DNA from: Simkaniaceae bacterium | Lineage (GTDB): Bacteria > Chlamydiota > Chlamydiia > Chlamydiales > Simkaniaceae | NCBI GenBank assembly: GCA_050248615.1 | Contig: JBFWSA010000001.1 | Span: 13,100 to 77,099, forward strand | Direction: 5' to 3' | DNA length: 64,000 bases | Shown: piece by piece, positions 12,078 through 21,124 of the stretch | How positions within the stretch are numbered: the stretch's first letter is position 1 | Layout: every line of letters begins with the position of its first letter | Program-made: the position numbers and the translations under genes | Notes under the pieces: generated by a model | Told to the model about the DNA's origin: nothing | The model's input: the letters and a program-made list of their open reading frames with translations, nothing else | Database searches by the model: none

Positions 12078-12938
12078 CTAATACTGATCCTTCTCACAAT
12101 TCTGACAGACCTTGTAATCACGTAGATTTTGGGTTAAATGCGCAAGGGAAAACTGAAAAAACGCTTTACTACTAAAGATTTCCTCTAGTGAACTTTCCCT
12201 CAGATTTCCAAATCTTATCGTCGCATTAAAGTCATAACAGCAAGGAATCACATTTAAGTCCCATGTTACCTGCAAAATGGAGCGCCTCCGATCACGAATA
12301 ACAGGACAGAGCCTCTCTTCCTTAGGGATGTTGTATTCTCGCCCATCACCATAATTATGAAGCTGTCTCTCAAAAGTAAAGGGGATTCCCAAAGACTCTA
12401 CCCACTCCTGAAACGCCTTCCGATCATCCTTTTGAGAAGACAAAGTATAAAGCATTTCATCACTTGAAGGCATAACGAGAATATGAGGGCAATTATTATT
12501 TTTTTTTCTGACCTCAGACAAAATGCGTAAGTTCTCTTTCAGGCGATGAAATTGGTCCACCCCGTGCACTTTTTTATAAGTATCGGGGTTATATCCATAA
12601 CAACTCACAAAAATTGCTGTAAGCCCTGCTTCGGCAAGACTTGAGAAATAAGGTTCTTTAAAGGGAACTCCTAGCGTTGAAAAGACCACTGTTTTCGCTT
12701 TGGGCATCCTCTCCTTGACTAAGCGCACCTTATCGGGCAAATGCCTATCTAAAAGGGGTTCTCCAAACCCATGTAAATGCATTTCCCCTTCAAATAATCC
12801 TACACGCTCTAAAACAATTTGAAAATCCTCTACCGACATCATCCCTTGAGTGCGATCATGCTTTTCTCTCGGGCACATCAAGCATTTATAACCACACCTG
12901 TTGGTATTTTCTATGCGAATTTCCTTAAATTGATGCAT
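12078..12938 (-). CDS. radical SAM protein with SPASM/twitch domain
   Basis: CGYKCLMC (CX3CX2C), HGFGEPLL, C-terminal CPVI..PCCYD..GNL..CQNC; ATG start at 12938 (the track's TTG start lies inside element B). Confidence 0.85.
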   Translation of the reverse strand: MHQFKEIRIENTNRCGYKCLMCPREKHDRTQGMMSVEDFQIVLERVGLFEGEMHLHGFGEPLLDRHLPDKVRLVKERMPKAKTVVFSTLGVPFKEPYFSSLAEAGLTAIFVSCYGYNPDTYKKVHGVDQFHRLKENLRILSEVRKKNNNCPHILVMPSSDEMLYTLSSQKDDRKAFQEWVESLGIPFTFERQLHNYGDGREYNIPKEERLCPVIRDRRRSILQVTWDLNVIPCCYDFNATIRFGNLRESSLEEIFSSKAFFQFSLAHLTQNLRDYKVCQNCEKDQY

Positions 12939-12947
12939 GAATCTAGC

Positions 12948-13111
12948 TATACTCAAATAACTTCAAAAATTGGTTTTGGGCAAGCGCGAAAGCTTTCGAA
13001 ATTTGCCGATCATAAATGACCCAATATTAATAATATGGGGTCATTTATGATCGACGAATTGCGATGCTTTGGCGCAGCCGAAAATCCAACTTTTGAAGTT
13101 ATTTGAGTATA
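12948..13111. mobile_element. 164-bp palindromic MITE-like element B
   Basis: Perfect 21-bp IR TATACTCAAATAACTTCAAAA (12948-12968 / 13091-13111); inner hairpin CGATCATAAATGACCC..GGGTCATTTATGATCG (13007-13053). Confidence 0.8.
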
Positions 13112-13317
13112 TATTAAAAAGGGTTATTTGATTTCATCTTTTAAATGAATTTAAAAATAAAACATTGAGATTTCTATCAGACACGATAGAAAGATATGCG
13201 GGAGTTGTTCCGCACTGAAATGCAAGAATTTTTTTAACAAAAGTTCTCAACACACCAGTACCGTCAACCTCAAGAAAAATTCACCTCTCTTCTCTCGGTA
13301 ACGAACTGTGTAAAAGC

Positions 13318-13767
13318 TTACATTGCTTCGTAGCTAGATGCCCGAGCGCTCAGGTATTTTTCCTGATATTCCTTGATGTCACTAATATGAATGACCCAAG
13401 CGGCACCTTTTCTTGAAGCTTTCAGCATCCCAATTCTTGTAGCGTAGTAGATTTTCTGAGCAGGAACGCCCAGCATCTTTGCCACTTGGTTTACTGAATA
13501 GTATCCTTTACCGTTATCGAAAAGTAGATCGCCATCGTACGTCGATTTTGTTCTCGAGTACTTATTGCGACGATACTCTTCTAAATCATCTAGATCAATT
13601 GTCCAACGAGTAGAATCTTTGCGTGCTCTTAGCTTATTTTGCTTAATCGCAACATAGATTGCTTGTCTCGTTACACCATTGATACGCGCTGCTTCCGTAA
13701 TAGAAACAACTTTCTTAGGAGACCCAAGCCTGTTTGCTTGAGACTCAAAGCTATTTTCCATATCCAT
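13318..13767 (-). CDS. euo: EUO, chlamydial developmental transcription repressor (two HTH domains)
   Basis: SITEAARINGVTRQAIYVAIKQNKLRA..KYSR..GYYSVNQVAKMLG..KIYYATRIG; GAGGAGGA SD upstream of ATG 13767; near recJ and gltX as in Chlamydia. Confidence 0.92.
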   Translation of the reverse strand: MDMENSFESQANRLGSPKKVVSITEAARINGVTRQAIYVAIKQNKLRARKDSTRWTIDLDDLEEYRRNKYSRTKSTYDGDLLFDNGKGYYSVNQVAKMLGVPAQKIYYATRIGMLKASRKGAAWVIHISDIKEYQEKYLSARASSYEAM

Positions 13768-14092
13768 TGGTTTATATTCCTCCTCAATCCAAAACAAACC
13801 CTAAAAAGCAAAAATTTCAGCTCATATCAAAATTAGGGGCATTATTCGCAAAAAATTTGCTTTTTTTCGTTTTGTTAATATTTGTGTAGCTTTAGGTATT
13901 CTATTATTACAAAAAAATGAGTTGAAATCAATCTATTTGTCTTTACATTTTCGCAAAATTTTGATTTAGATAGGATTAAAGAGCCTATTAGCTTTTTTCA
14001 GGATGAAAAGATTTGATTACACATAGACTTAAACCTTTGATTTGCTATAACATAAATGTTTAGAAATTGGGGTTTGCAAAGGAATTATTTGA

Positions 14093-16072
14093 ATGAATTA
14101 TAAGTCGCTTTTAATCAATGCGTTATTAATATTTTTTTTCTGCTTTGCCGAAGCCAAGCCTCCCGAACTCACTCCCCACTTGACCCATAAAAAGTCTGAA
14201 GAGATCTTCAAGAGCCATGTCACCCACAAAGAAATCTCTTCTGATATCGCCAAGAGAGCCCTTCAGAATTTCGTAGACGAACTCGACCCGACTAAAACCT
14301 ATTTCTTAGCCGAGGAGGTCTCTCCCTGGGAACACCCCTCTGAAGAGCTCCTCCATTCCGTTATTGCTCATTATAAGAAGGAAAGCTTCACCCCCTTTGA
14401 AGAGATCTATAAAAAGATGATCGAGGCGATTGATAGAAGAGAGCGCCTCGAACAGAAGATCTCCACCCTCCCCCTTCCAACAGATGCTAAAGCCTCTGAT
14501 TTTAAAGATCTTGAGTGGGCAAGTAGCGAACAAGAGCTCGAAGACCGCCTCCTTAAAATCCGAGCCCTTCAGCTCGACACTGCCAAACAGCTCGAATGCG
14601 AATCTCAAGACCAATTTCTCCAGCGTTTATCCAAAAGACGCCTGAGCCGTGAGCAAGAGATCCTCCAAAACGGCAATGATAAAGAGCAAAATAAACAGAT
14701 GCTAGCCTACTTCCTAAAGAGTTTCTGCGGAGCTCTCGATAATCATACCGTCTATTTCACTCCTACAGAGGCCAACCAGTTCATGATACAAGTGCAGCAG
14801 CGCCTCTTTGGCATTGGTGCTCAGCTCCGCGACGATCTAAATGGCTTTACCCTGGTCCGTCTTCTAGAAGGAGGCCCCGCCCTCCGAGATGGAAAACTCA
14901 AAGCTGGCGATAAAATCATCGCTGTCAATCATGAGCCTGTTGTCGGAATGGACATCATCGAAGCGGTGGATCTCATCCGTGGTCCTAAAGAAACAACCGT
15001 CGCCCTCACCATTTTAAGAGAGTCTGGGGAAGGGGAACATAAGAAAAGTGAGAAATTTGATACTGAAGTCGTTCGCGATGAAATCGTCCTAAAAGAAACA
15101 CGCTTTGAATCAGAAGCTATCCCCTATGGAGAAGGGGTCATCGCCCACATCCGTCTTTTTTCTTTCTATCAAGACCCGAATGATTCCTCTGCTTCAGATA
15201 TTAAAAATGCTATCGAAGAGATGAAAAAAGAACACAAGCTCTATGGAGTGATCTTAGATTTAAGAGGGAATGCAGGAGGGTTACTCCCCCAAGCTGTTGC
15301 TGTCACCGGCCTATTCATTAAGAAAGGGGTTGTGGTCTCTATTAAAGATAGTAGTGGAGCTATCCAACATCTCCGGAATTTTGATGGTACCCTCACTTGG
15401 GATGGCCCCCTTGTTGTTTTAACCAATAAAGCGAGTGCTTCGGCAGCTGAAATCGTTGCCCAAACCCTCCACGACTATGGACGTGCGATCCTTGTAGGCG
15501 ATAGCACCTCCTGGGGGAAAGGATCTTACCAAACGTTCACTCTAGAAGCGGGAAACATGAATAAAGTGAATCCCCAAGGAGAGTATAAGGTGACCCGAGG
15601 ACTCTATTACACCGTCTCGGGGAAAAGTCCCCAGCTAACCGGAACCAAAGTAGATATCGAAATCCCTGGAGGCTTGAGCAAACTCGAAATCGGAGAGAGC
15701 TACGCGAAATTCCCCTTAGAAAATGATGAAATCCCCCCTAATTTCACCGACACCCTATCGGACATTCACCCCTTTCATCGGGGCAAAATGATGCGCCTCT
15801 ACAAAAAAGATCGGCAGGAAAAAATGGACCTCTACGGCAGTTACCTAGACATTCTCAAGAAAAACTCCGAGATGCGTATTGCCCATAACTCCAACTACCA
15901 AAACTTCCTTAAGGAGCTCCATAAAGAAGAGTTTGATGCCGATGGCATTGAGCTTTATGGCCAAAATGACCTCCAACTTGAAGAGACTTTTGCCATTATG
16001 AAGGATCTCATCCTCCTTGAAAAAGAGCATCCCCGCTATGAGGAGCTCTTGAAAGCCGCTGCTGGGGGCTAA
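14093..16072 (+). CDS. tsp: tail-specific (C-terminal processing) S41 protease with PDZ domain
   Basis: Signal peptide, GIGAQL PDZ loop, DLRGNAGG, SASAAEI, GKGSYQ. Confidence 0.9.
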   Translation: MNYKSLLINALLIFFFCFAEAKPPELTPHLTHKKSEEIFKSHVTHKEISSDIAKRALQNFVDELDPTKTYFLAEEVSPWEHPSEELLHSVIAHYKKESFTPFEEIYKKMIEAIDRRERLEQKISTLPLPTDAKASDFKDLEWASSEQELEDRLLKIRALQLDTAKQLECESQDQFLQRLSKRRLSREQEILQNGNDKEQNKQMLAYFLKSFCGALDNHTVYFTPTEANQFMIQVQQRLFGIGAQLRDDLNGFTLVRLLEGGPALRDGKLKAGDKIIAVNHEPVVGMDIIEAVDLIRGPKETTVALTILRESGEGEHKKSEKFDTEVVRDEIVLKETRFESEAIPYGEGVIAHIRLFSFYQDPNDSSASDIKNAIEEMKKEHKLYGVILDLRGNAGGLLPQAVAVTGLFIKKGVVVSIKDSSGAIQHLRNFDGTLTWDGPLVVLTNKASASAAEIVAQTLHDYGRAILVGDSTSWGKGSYQTFTLEAGNMNKVNPQGEYKVTRGLYYTVSGKSPQLTGTKVDIEIPGGLSKLEIGESYAKFPLENDEIPPNFTDTLSDIHPFHRGKMMRLYKKDRQEKMDLYGSYLDILKKNSEMRIAHNSNYQNFLKELHKEEFDADGIELYGQNDLQLEETFAIMKDLILLEKEHPRYEELLKAAAGG

Positions 16073-16179
16073 ACCCTTTCGAGTTTAAAAAAACATTTAC
16101 ACAATCGATTTTTGGTGATGGCAATTTTGTAATCGATCATAATATAGCTAGATTTGTTTAAATAAACCAACTAAGTGGT

Positions 16180-17082
16180 ATGAAAGGTTTTATTCTACTC
16201 GAGACTCCTAGAGAGAAACTCACAAAAGAGCATTACGGGACCCAGCGACTTTTAGAGGTAGCGGAAAAAAGAGGGTTGGATTTCCAACTGATCGCTCCAA
16301 GACAGTTTGAATTGATTGTAACACGAGATGATAAAAAAAGTATCTTGATCGATGACAAACCTGTAGAGTTACCCGATGTGGTGATTCCTCGCATGGGATC
16401 CGATACAACCTACTATGCTCTCGCTGTTATGCGACAATTGGAGCAGATGGGTGTTTACGTATGCAATAATGCGAGTGCTGTGGAAACCGTTAAAGACAAA
16501 TTACACATCCACCAAGTTCTAGCCTATAGCATGCTCCCCACACCTAGAACAATGCTCGCAAAATTTCCGATTGATATTTCTGTCGTTCGAAGAGAAATCG
16601 GATTTCCGCTTGTCATTAAAAACGTTACGGGAACCCATGGGCGGGGCATTTATTTATGTGAATCAGAGGATAAATTCTCAGATATTATGGAGTTCATCGA
16701 TAATAACAACTCCAAAGCTAACATTATCATTCAAGAGTTTATGCAACACAGTAGAGGGAAAGATCTCCGTGTTTTTGTGTTAGGAGGACGGGTGATCGGA
16801 TGCATGCTACGCTCTTCAAAGACCAGTTTTAAAGCCAATTTTTCCACGGGCGGCGAAGTGGCTTCTTTTGATCTTACACCTGAAATAGAATGGCTCGCAA
16901 CCGAAACAGCCAGACTCCTCAATTTAGATATCGCTGGCATTGACCTTTTATTTGATGAAAGCGGCTATAAAGTCTGTGAAGCCAACTCGGCCCCCGGGTT
17001 TCAGGGGCTTGAAAAAGTTGTCGGAAAACATATTGCCGAAGATATTATGGATTATATTCAATTGAAAGTGGGGAAAAAATGA
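16180..17082 (+). CDS. RimK-family ATP-grasp glutamate ligase
   Basis: VIPRMG, KDK, GTHGRG, QEF, DLRVFV, FKANFSTGG, GIDLL, CEANSAPGF. Confidence 0.88.
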   Translation: MKGFILLETPREKLTKEHYGTQRLLEVAEKRGLDFQLIAPRQFELIVTRDDKKSILIDDKPVELPDVVIPRMGSDTTYYALAVMRQLEQMGVYVCNNASAVETVKDKLHIHQVLAYSMLPTPRTMLAKFPIDISVVRREIGFPLVIKNVTGTHGRGIYLCESEDKFSDIMEFIDNNNSKANIIIQEFMQHSRGKDLRVFVLGGRVIGCMLRSSKTSFKANFSTGGEVASFDLTPEIEWLATETARLLNLDIAGIDLLFDESGYKVCEANSAPGFQGLEKVVGKHIAEDIMDYIQLKVGKK

Positions 17083-17095
17083 TAAGGGGGAATCT

Positions 17096-17914
17096 ATGTG
17101 TCGCTTTGTAGCCTACATTGGAAGCAAATCTATATTGATTAAAGACTTACTTGAAACACCTTCCAACTCTTTAATCAAGCAAAGCAAAGAAGCCAAGCAT
17201 GGCCACCATGGCCTCAATGCAGATGGTTTTGGATTTGCCTGGTATAACAAGGACATTGAACCCACTCCAGGAATCTTTAAATCGATCCAACCCGCTTGGA
17301 ATGACAAAAATTTGCTCCATCTCTCTAGGAAAATTGTATCCAACTGCTTCTTAGGGCATGTTAGAGCTTCCACCGTAGGGGATGTGGTTTTCAATAATTG
17401 CCATCCCTTTTCCTACAAAGAGTATTCTTTTGTGCATAACGGAACGATTCGCTTTTTTGAAAAGGTTCATAGAGCTTTGATCAACGAATTAAACGACGAT
17501 TTTTTTGAAAAACTGAAATCTCAAACAGACTCTGAGCTGATATTTTTCCTGATCATGCAGTACTTGGAGTCAGATCCCAACCCCAGTTTAGAAAAAGCTC
17601 TGATTAAAGCCTTTAATCGAGTGATTGAACTCCAAATCGACCATGACCAAGACCATTTTTCTAGGCTCAATATCGTGATTACGAATGGGTCTGAGATGAT
17701 TGCAACGCGATTCGTTTCAAAAGATCATGATCCTTTATCTCTCTACTATTCGACGCGTGGCTTTTTCCCATCGGACTCCAATGCCTTTGAGAGCCCCTAT
17801 GTTCTCGTAGCTTCTGAGCCCTTAAATGATTTAGATCATGAATGGAGTGAAGTTCCAGCCAATAGTTATCTCACCATTTCAGCGGACTTTTCTTGTGAAA
17901 TCAAGCCTTTTTAA
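17096..17914 (+). CDS. class II glutamine amidotransferase (EgtC/YafJ-like Ntn hydrolase)
   Basis: N-terminal MCR, NADGFG, HVRAS, NCHPF, HNG, TDSE, VASEPL. Confidence 0.88.
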   Translation: MCRFVAYIGSKSILIKDLLETPSNSLIKQSKEAKHGHHGLNADGFGFAWYNKDIEPTPGIFKSIQPAWNDKNLLHLSRKIVSNCFLGHVRASTVGDVVFNNCHPFSYKEYSFVHNGTIRFFEKVHRALINELNDDFFEKLKSQTDSELIFFLIMQYLESDPNPSLEKALIKAFNRVIELQIDHDQDHFSRLNIVITNGSEMIATRFVSKDHDPLSLYYSTRGFFPSDSNAFESPYVLVASEPLNDLDHEWSEVPANSYLTISADFSCEIKPF

Positions 17915-17944
17915 AAAACCTATGAACCGATAAGATATTTCTCT

Positions 17945-19429
17945 ATGGAAGTACGTACACGCATTGCCCCTTCACCAACCGGAGATCCCCATGTAGGAAC
18001 ACCCTATATGGCTCTTTTTAATTTGATTTTTGCCCGCCATCATGGAGGGAAATTTTTGCTTCGCATTGAAGATACCGATCAATCCCGCAGTCGCCCCGAA
18101 TATGAAGAGAGCATTTTCAAGGCATTACAGTGGCTAGGAATCCATTGGGATGAGGGACCTGATGTTGGAGGCCCTTATGGCCCCTACCGCCAATCGGAGC
18201 GGACCGAAATCTACCGTGAGTACTGCCAAAAACTTCTCGATGCAGGGAAGGCTTATAAGTGCTTTGCTACTGCCGAAGAACTGCGTGAAATGCGAGAGCT
18301 CGCTGCGAAGATGGGACAGCGGATGGGATATGACCGGCGCTATCGCAACTTAAGTCCTGATGAGATCGCAAAGCGTGAAAAAGAAGGACAATCCTATGTC
18401 GTCCGCTTGAAAGTCCCCCTAACGGGTGAATGTGAATACGAAGATTTAACTAAGGGACGGATCACTTGCCCCTGGAGCGATGTCGATGATCAAATTCTTT
18501 TGAAATCGGATGGATTCCCCACCTATCACTTAGCCAACGTTGTCGATGACTATCTGATGAAAATCACCCACGTGATTCGGGGGGATGAATGGATGTCTTC
18601 TACCCCTAAACATATTCTTCTCTATGAGGCTTTTGGATGGAAACGGCCGCAGTTTATGCATATGCCCCTCCTTCTAGGCGCTGATGGAAAGAAACTCTCT
18701 AAGCGAAAAAATCCCACCTCGGTCTTCTATTACAAAGAGAGTGGCTATCTTCCGGAAGCTTTTTTAAACTTCTTAACTCTGATGGGCTATAGCATGCCAG
18801 AAGATAAAGAGATTTACACCCTAGAGGAAATCACCAAAGACTTTTCTATCAATCGTGTAGGGGTCTCGGGAGCCTTTTTCGATATCAAAAAACTTGATTG
18901 GATCAACCAGCAATACCTCATTAACTCCATTCCTGAAAAAAATCTTTGGGCAAAAATTAAAGAATGGGGATTTTCTGATGAACGGATGGAAAAAATCATT
19001 CCCCTCATCCATACACGCATCAAAACTTTTGGTGAGTTTATGGAGCTTTGCAATTTTTTGTTTATCAACCATATAGAACTTTCAGATGCCCTCCTGACCC
19101 CTAAAGACGTCGATAAACAAGATGTTGCCCAAATGCTTCAGTGTATGATTTGGAGTATGGAAGAACAAGAAGACTGGGGCCGCGAGGGATTTCAAAAAGC
19201 TTCGCGCGATGTGGCCACCTTTTTCGAGGTAAATCATAAAAAAGTGATCATGCCCCTATTATTTGCTACCATTACAGGGAAACATCAAGGCCCTCCCCTA
19301 TTTGACTCTGTAAGTATTTTAGGTAAAGACCGCACCCGTGCAAGACTCTTAAATGCCATCGAATTTTTAGGGGGGATTTCAAATAAAAAAATGGGTGAAC
19401 TCACAAAGAAGTGGACGGCTCCGAAGTAA
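17945..19429 (+). CDS. gltX: glutamate--tRNA ligase
   Basis: RIAPSPTGDPHVG, RIEDTD, PTYHLANVVDD, KLSKR. Confidence 0.97.
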   Translation: MEVRTRIAPSPTGDPHVGTPYMALFNLIFARHHGGKFLLRIEDTDQSRSRPEYEESIFKALQWLGIHWDEGPDVGGPYGPYRQSERTEIYREYCQKLLDAGKAYKCFATAEELREMRELAAKMGQRMGYDRRYRNLSPDEIAKREKEGQSYVVRLKVPLTGECEYEDLTKGRITCPWSDVDDQILLKSDGFPTYHLANVVDDYLMKITHVIRGDEWMSSTPKHILLYEAFGWKRPQFMHMPLLLGADGKKLSKRKNPTSVFYYKESGYLPEAFLNFLTLMGYSMPEDKEIYTLEEITKDFSINRVGVSGAFFDIKKLDWINQQYLINSIPEKNLWAKIKEWGFSDERMEKIIPLIHTRIKTFGEFMELCNFLFINHIELSDALLTPKDVDKQDVAQMLQCMIWSMEEQEDWGREGFQKASRDVATFFEVNHKKVIMPLLFATITGKHQGPPLFDSVSILGKDRTRARLLNAIEFLGGISNKKMGELTKKWTAPK

Positions 19430-19547
19430 CAGAAATGTCTGTTTCTTCAGCAGCATCCGACATGATGTAATGGGGATCATAGGCGTTTTTATTACCACAC
19501 CCCATGAGGAAAAGAAGTGGAATGAAACCTAACAACAAAACTCTCAT
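19401..19547 (-). CDS. small putative lipoprotein (48 aa)
   Basis: MRVLLLGFIPLLFLMGC signal peptide with lipobox; purine-rich RBS upstream; overlaps the gltX 3' end. Confidence 0.5.
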   Translation of the reverse strand: MRVLLLGFIPLLFLMGCGNKNAYDPHYIMSDAAEETDISVTSEPSTSL

Positions 19548-19636
19548 ACCTTTCTCTTTACAACGCCCTTCATGGATTGTCAATGACTTCTTGAAATGAG
19601 AGGAAAGCCCAGATACCCTATCAGTAGGAGGAACGG

Positions 19637-19978
19637 ATGTTTGCAGTGATTTACCAAGGTTATATCAAGCCTGGCCGAGAATCAGAATATCGGGAAGCCT
19701 GGAATGCAGTCGCTCGTTACTTTGTTAAGCAAAGAGGTGCCCTGGGTTCTTGCCTCCATCGAACACCCGATGGGCTGTGGTTAGCTTATTCTCGATGGCC
19801 TGATAAGAAAACAAGAGATGCCTCTTGGCCCGGAGAAGCTGCCCCTTCAACAGAACTTCCCCTTGAAATTCGCAAAGCCGTCTTAATACTAAAAGATTGT
19901 TTAGATCAAGAGAGGAAACTTCCTGAAATTTGTATGGAAGTTATCGATGATTTATTAGTAACTTTAACAAAAAAATGA
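19637..19978 (+). CDS. ABM/dimeric alpha-beta barrel family protein
   Basis: AGGAGG SD; MFAVIY..IKPGRESEY..W..GALGSCLH..AYSRWPD pattern. Confidence 0.65.
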   Translation: MFAVIYQGYIKPGRESEYREAWNAVARYFVKQRGALGSCLHRTPDGLWLAYSRWPDKKTRDASWPGEAAPSTELPLEIRKAVLILKDCLDQERKLPEICMEVIDDLLVTLTKK

Positions 19979-19996
19979 AACTTCGAAAAAAGTCCC

Positions 19997-21103
19997 ATGA
20001 CTGAATATAACAAAGAAAACCCTTTCCCCGGAAAGATTACAGACCGCTTTATTCTCAATAAGAAAGGGTCGACTAAACAAACATTCCATCTCTCTCTCGA
20101 CCTTTCGGGCTCAGGGATTGCCTATAAAGCGGGAGATGCCATTGGCATTTTTCCGGAAAATCCCCCAGATCAAGTCAGTGCTCTCCTAGAAGCTCTGGGC
20201 AAGGGAGGTCATGAAGAGGTCACCGATCCTCGCTCTGGAGCTGAAATGACTTTGGAACACTTTATTAAAACCAAAACCAATCTTTTGCGTCTCACAACTC
20301 CTCTACTCAAGCTCCTAGGAGATCCCGAGCTTCTTGCACAAGAAAACAAACAAGACCGGGCTCAATTTATCGCTAATCATGATCTAATTGATCTCTTTAC
20401 GATGCACCCTCCAACGGCACCCCTTCAAGAAATCATCTCTTATTTCTCTCCTCTTCTTCCCCGATTTTACTCGATTGCTTCGGCCCCCTCTCTCTCACCG
20501 ACCTCTGTTGATCTTCTTGTAGCTACTTTTTCCTATACCCATGCAAATAAGGAAAGAGAAGGGATCGGCTCCCAATTTCTCTGCAAAAATGCAAAACTCC
20601 ATGAAACGCCCATTCCCACTTATTTGCACCCCACCTCCACCTTCACCCTTCCCTCTCCCGATAAACCGATTCTCATGATCGGACCCGGCACAGGTGTCGC
20701 TCCCTACCGCGCCTTCTTGCAAGAGCGTGAACAAACGGGAGCTTCTGGACACAATTGGCTGATTTTCGGAGAGCGCAACCGAAAGACCGATTACTATTAT
20801 GAATCGTATTTTACTTCTCTAGAAAAAAGGAATTTTTTACGCTTAGATCTCGCTTTTTCACGAGATCAAATCGATAAAGTCTATGTCCAACACAAACTTC
20901 TAGAAAATGGCCCGGATGTGTGGAATCTGATCCAATCCGAAGGGACAATTTATATCTGTGGAGATGCTCGTCATATGGCTAAAGATGTCACCATCGCCCT
21001 CCACACGATTGCCGAAACAGAAGGAAAGCTCTCCCCTTCAGAAGCCAAAGATTTTTTCAAACACCTAAGGCGCGACAAACGCCTTCTCCTCGATGTCTAC
21101 TAA
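19997..21103 (+). CDS. CysJ-like FAD/NADPH oxidoreductase lacking the flavodoxin domain
   Basis: PRFYSIAS, MIGPGTGVAPYR, AFSRDQ, YICGDA, C-terminal DVY. Confidence 0.88.
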   Translation: MTEYNKENPFPGKITDRFILNKKGSTKQTFHLSLDLSGSGIAYKAGDAIGIFPENPPDQVSALLEALGKGGHEEVTDPRSGAEMTLEHFIKTKTNLLRLTTPLLKLLGDPELLAQENKQDRAQFIANHDLIDLFTMHPPTAPLQEIISYFSPLLPRFYSIASAPSLSPTSVDLLVATFSYTHANKEREGIGSQFLCKNAKLHETPIPTYLHPTSTFTLPSPDKPILMIGPGTGVAPYRAFLQEREQTGASGHNWLIFGERNRKTDYYYESYFTSLEKRNFLRLDLAFSRDQIDKVYVQHKLLENGPDVWNLIQSEGTIYICGDARHMAKDVTIALHTIAETEGKLSPSEAKDFFKHLRRDKRLLLDVY

Positions 21104-21124
21104 AAACTCCGAAGAAGATTTGCG

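Noticed and set aside
11905..12080. Element A as an integron attC site (TAAC...GTTA ends next to stop codons)
   Set aside because: It is longer than typical attC sites, the arms are perfectly paired without the extrahelical bases, the R boxes match on only one side per strand, and there is no integrase or cassette array
11880..12125. 81-aa ORF as a precursor peptide for the SPASM enzyme
   Set aside because: It is a read-through of element A that overlaps both neighbouring genes and has no RBS evidence
13197..13214. Hairpin TGCGGGAGTTGTTCCGCA downstream of euo as a terminator or sRNA
   Set aside because: The stem is short and there is no clear U-tract; support is insufficient
13798..14092. 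Repeated TTCGCAAAA..TTTG motifs in the euo-tsp intergenic region as operators
   Set aside because: These are low-complexity AT-rich matches that cannot be told from chance by eye
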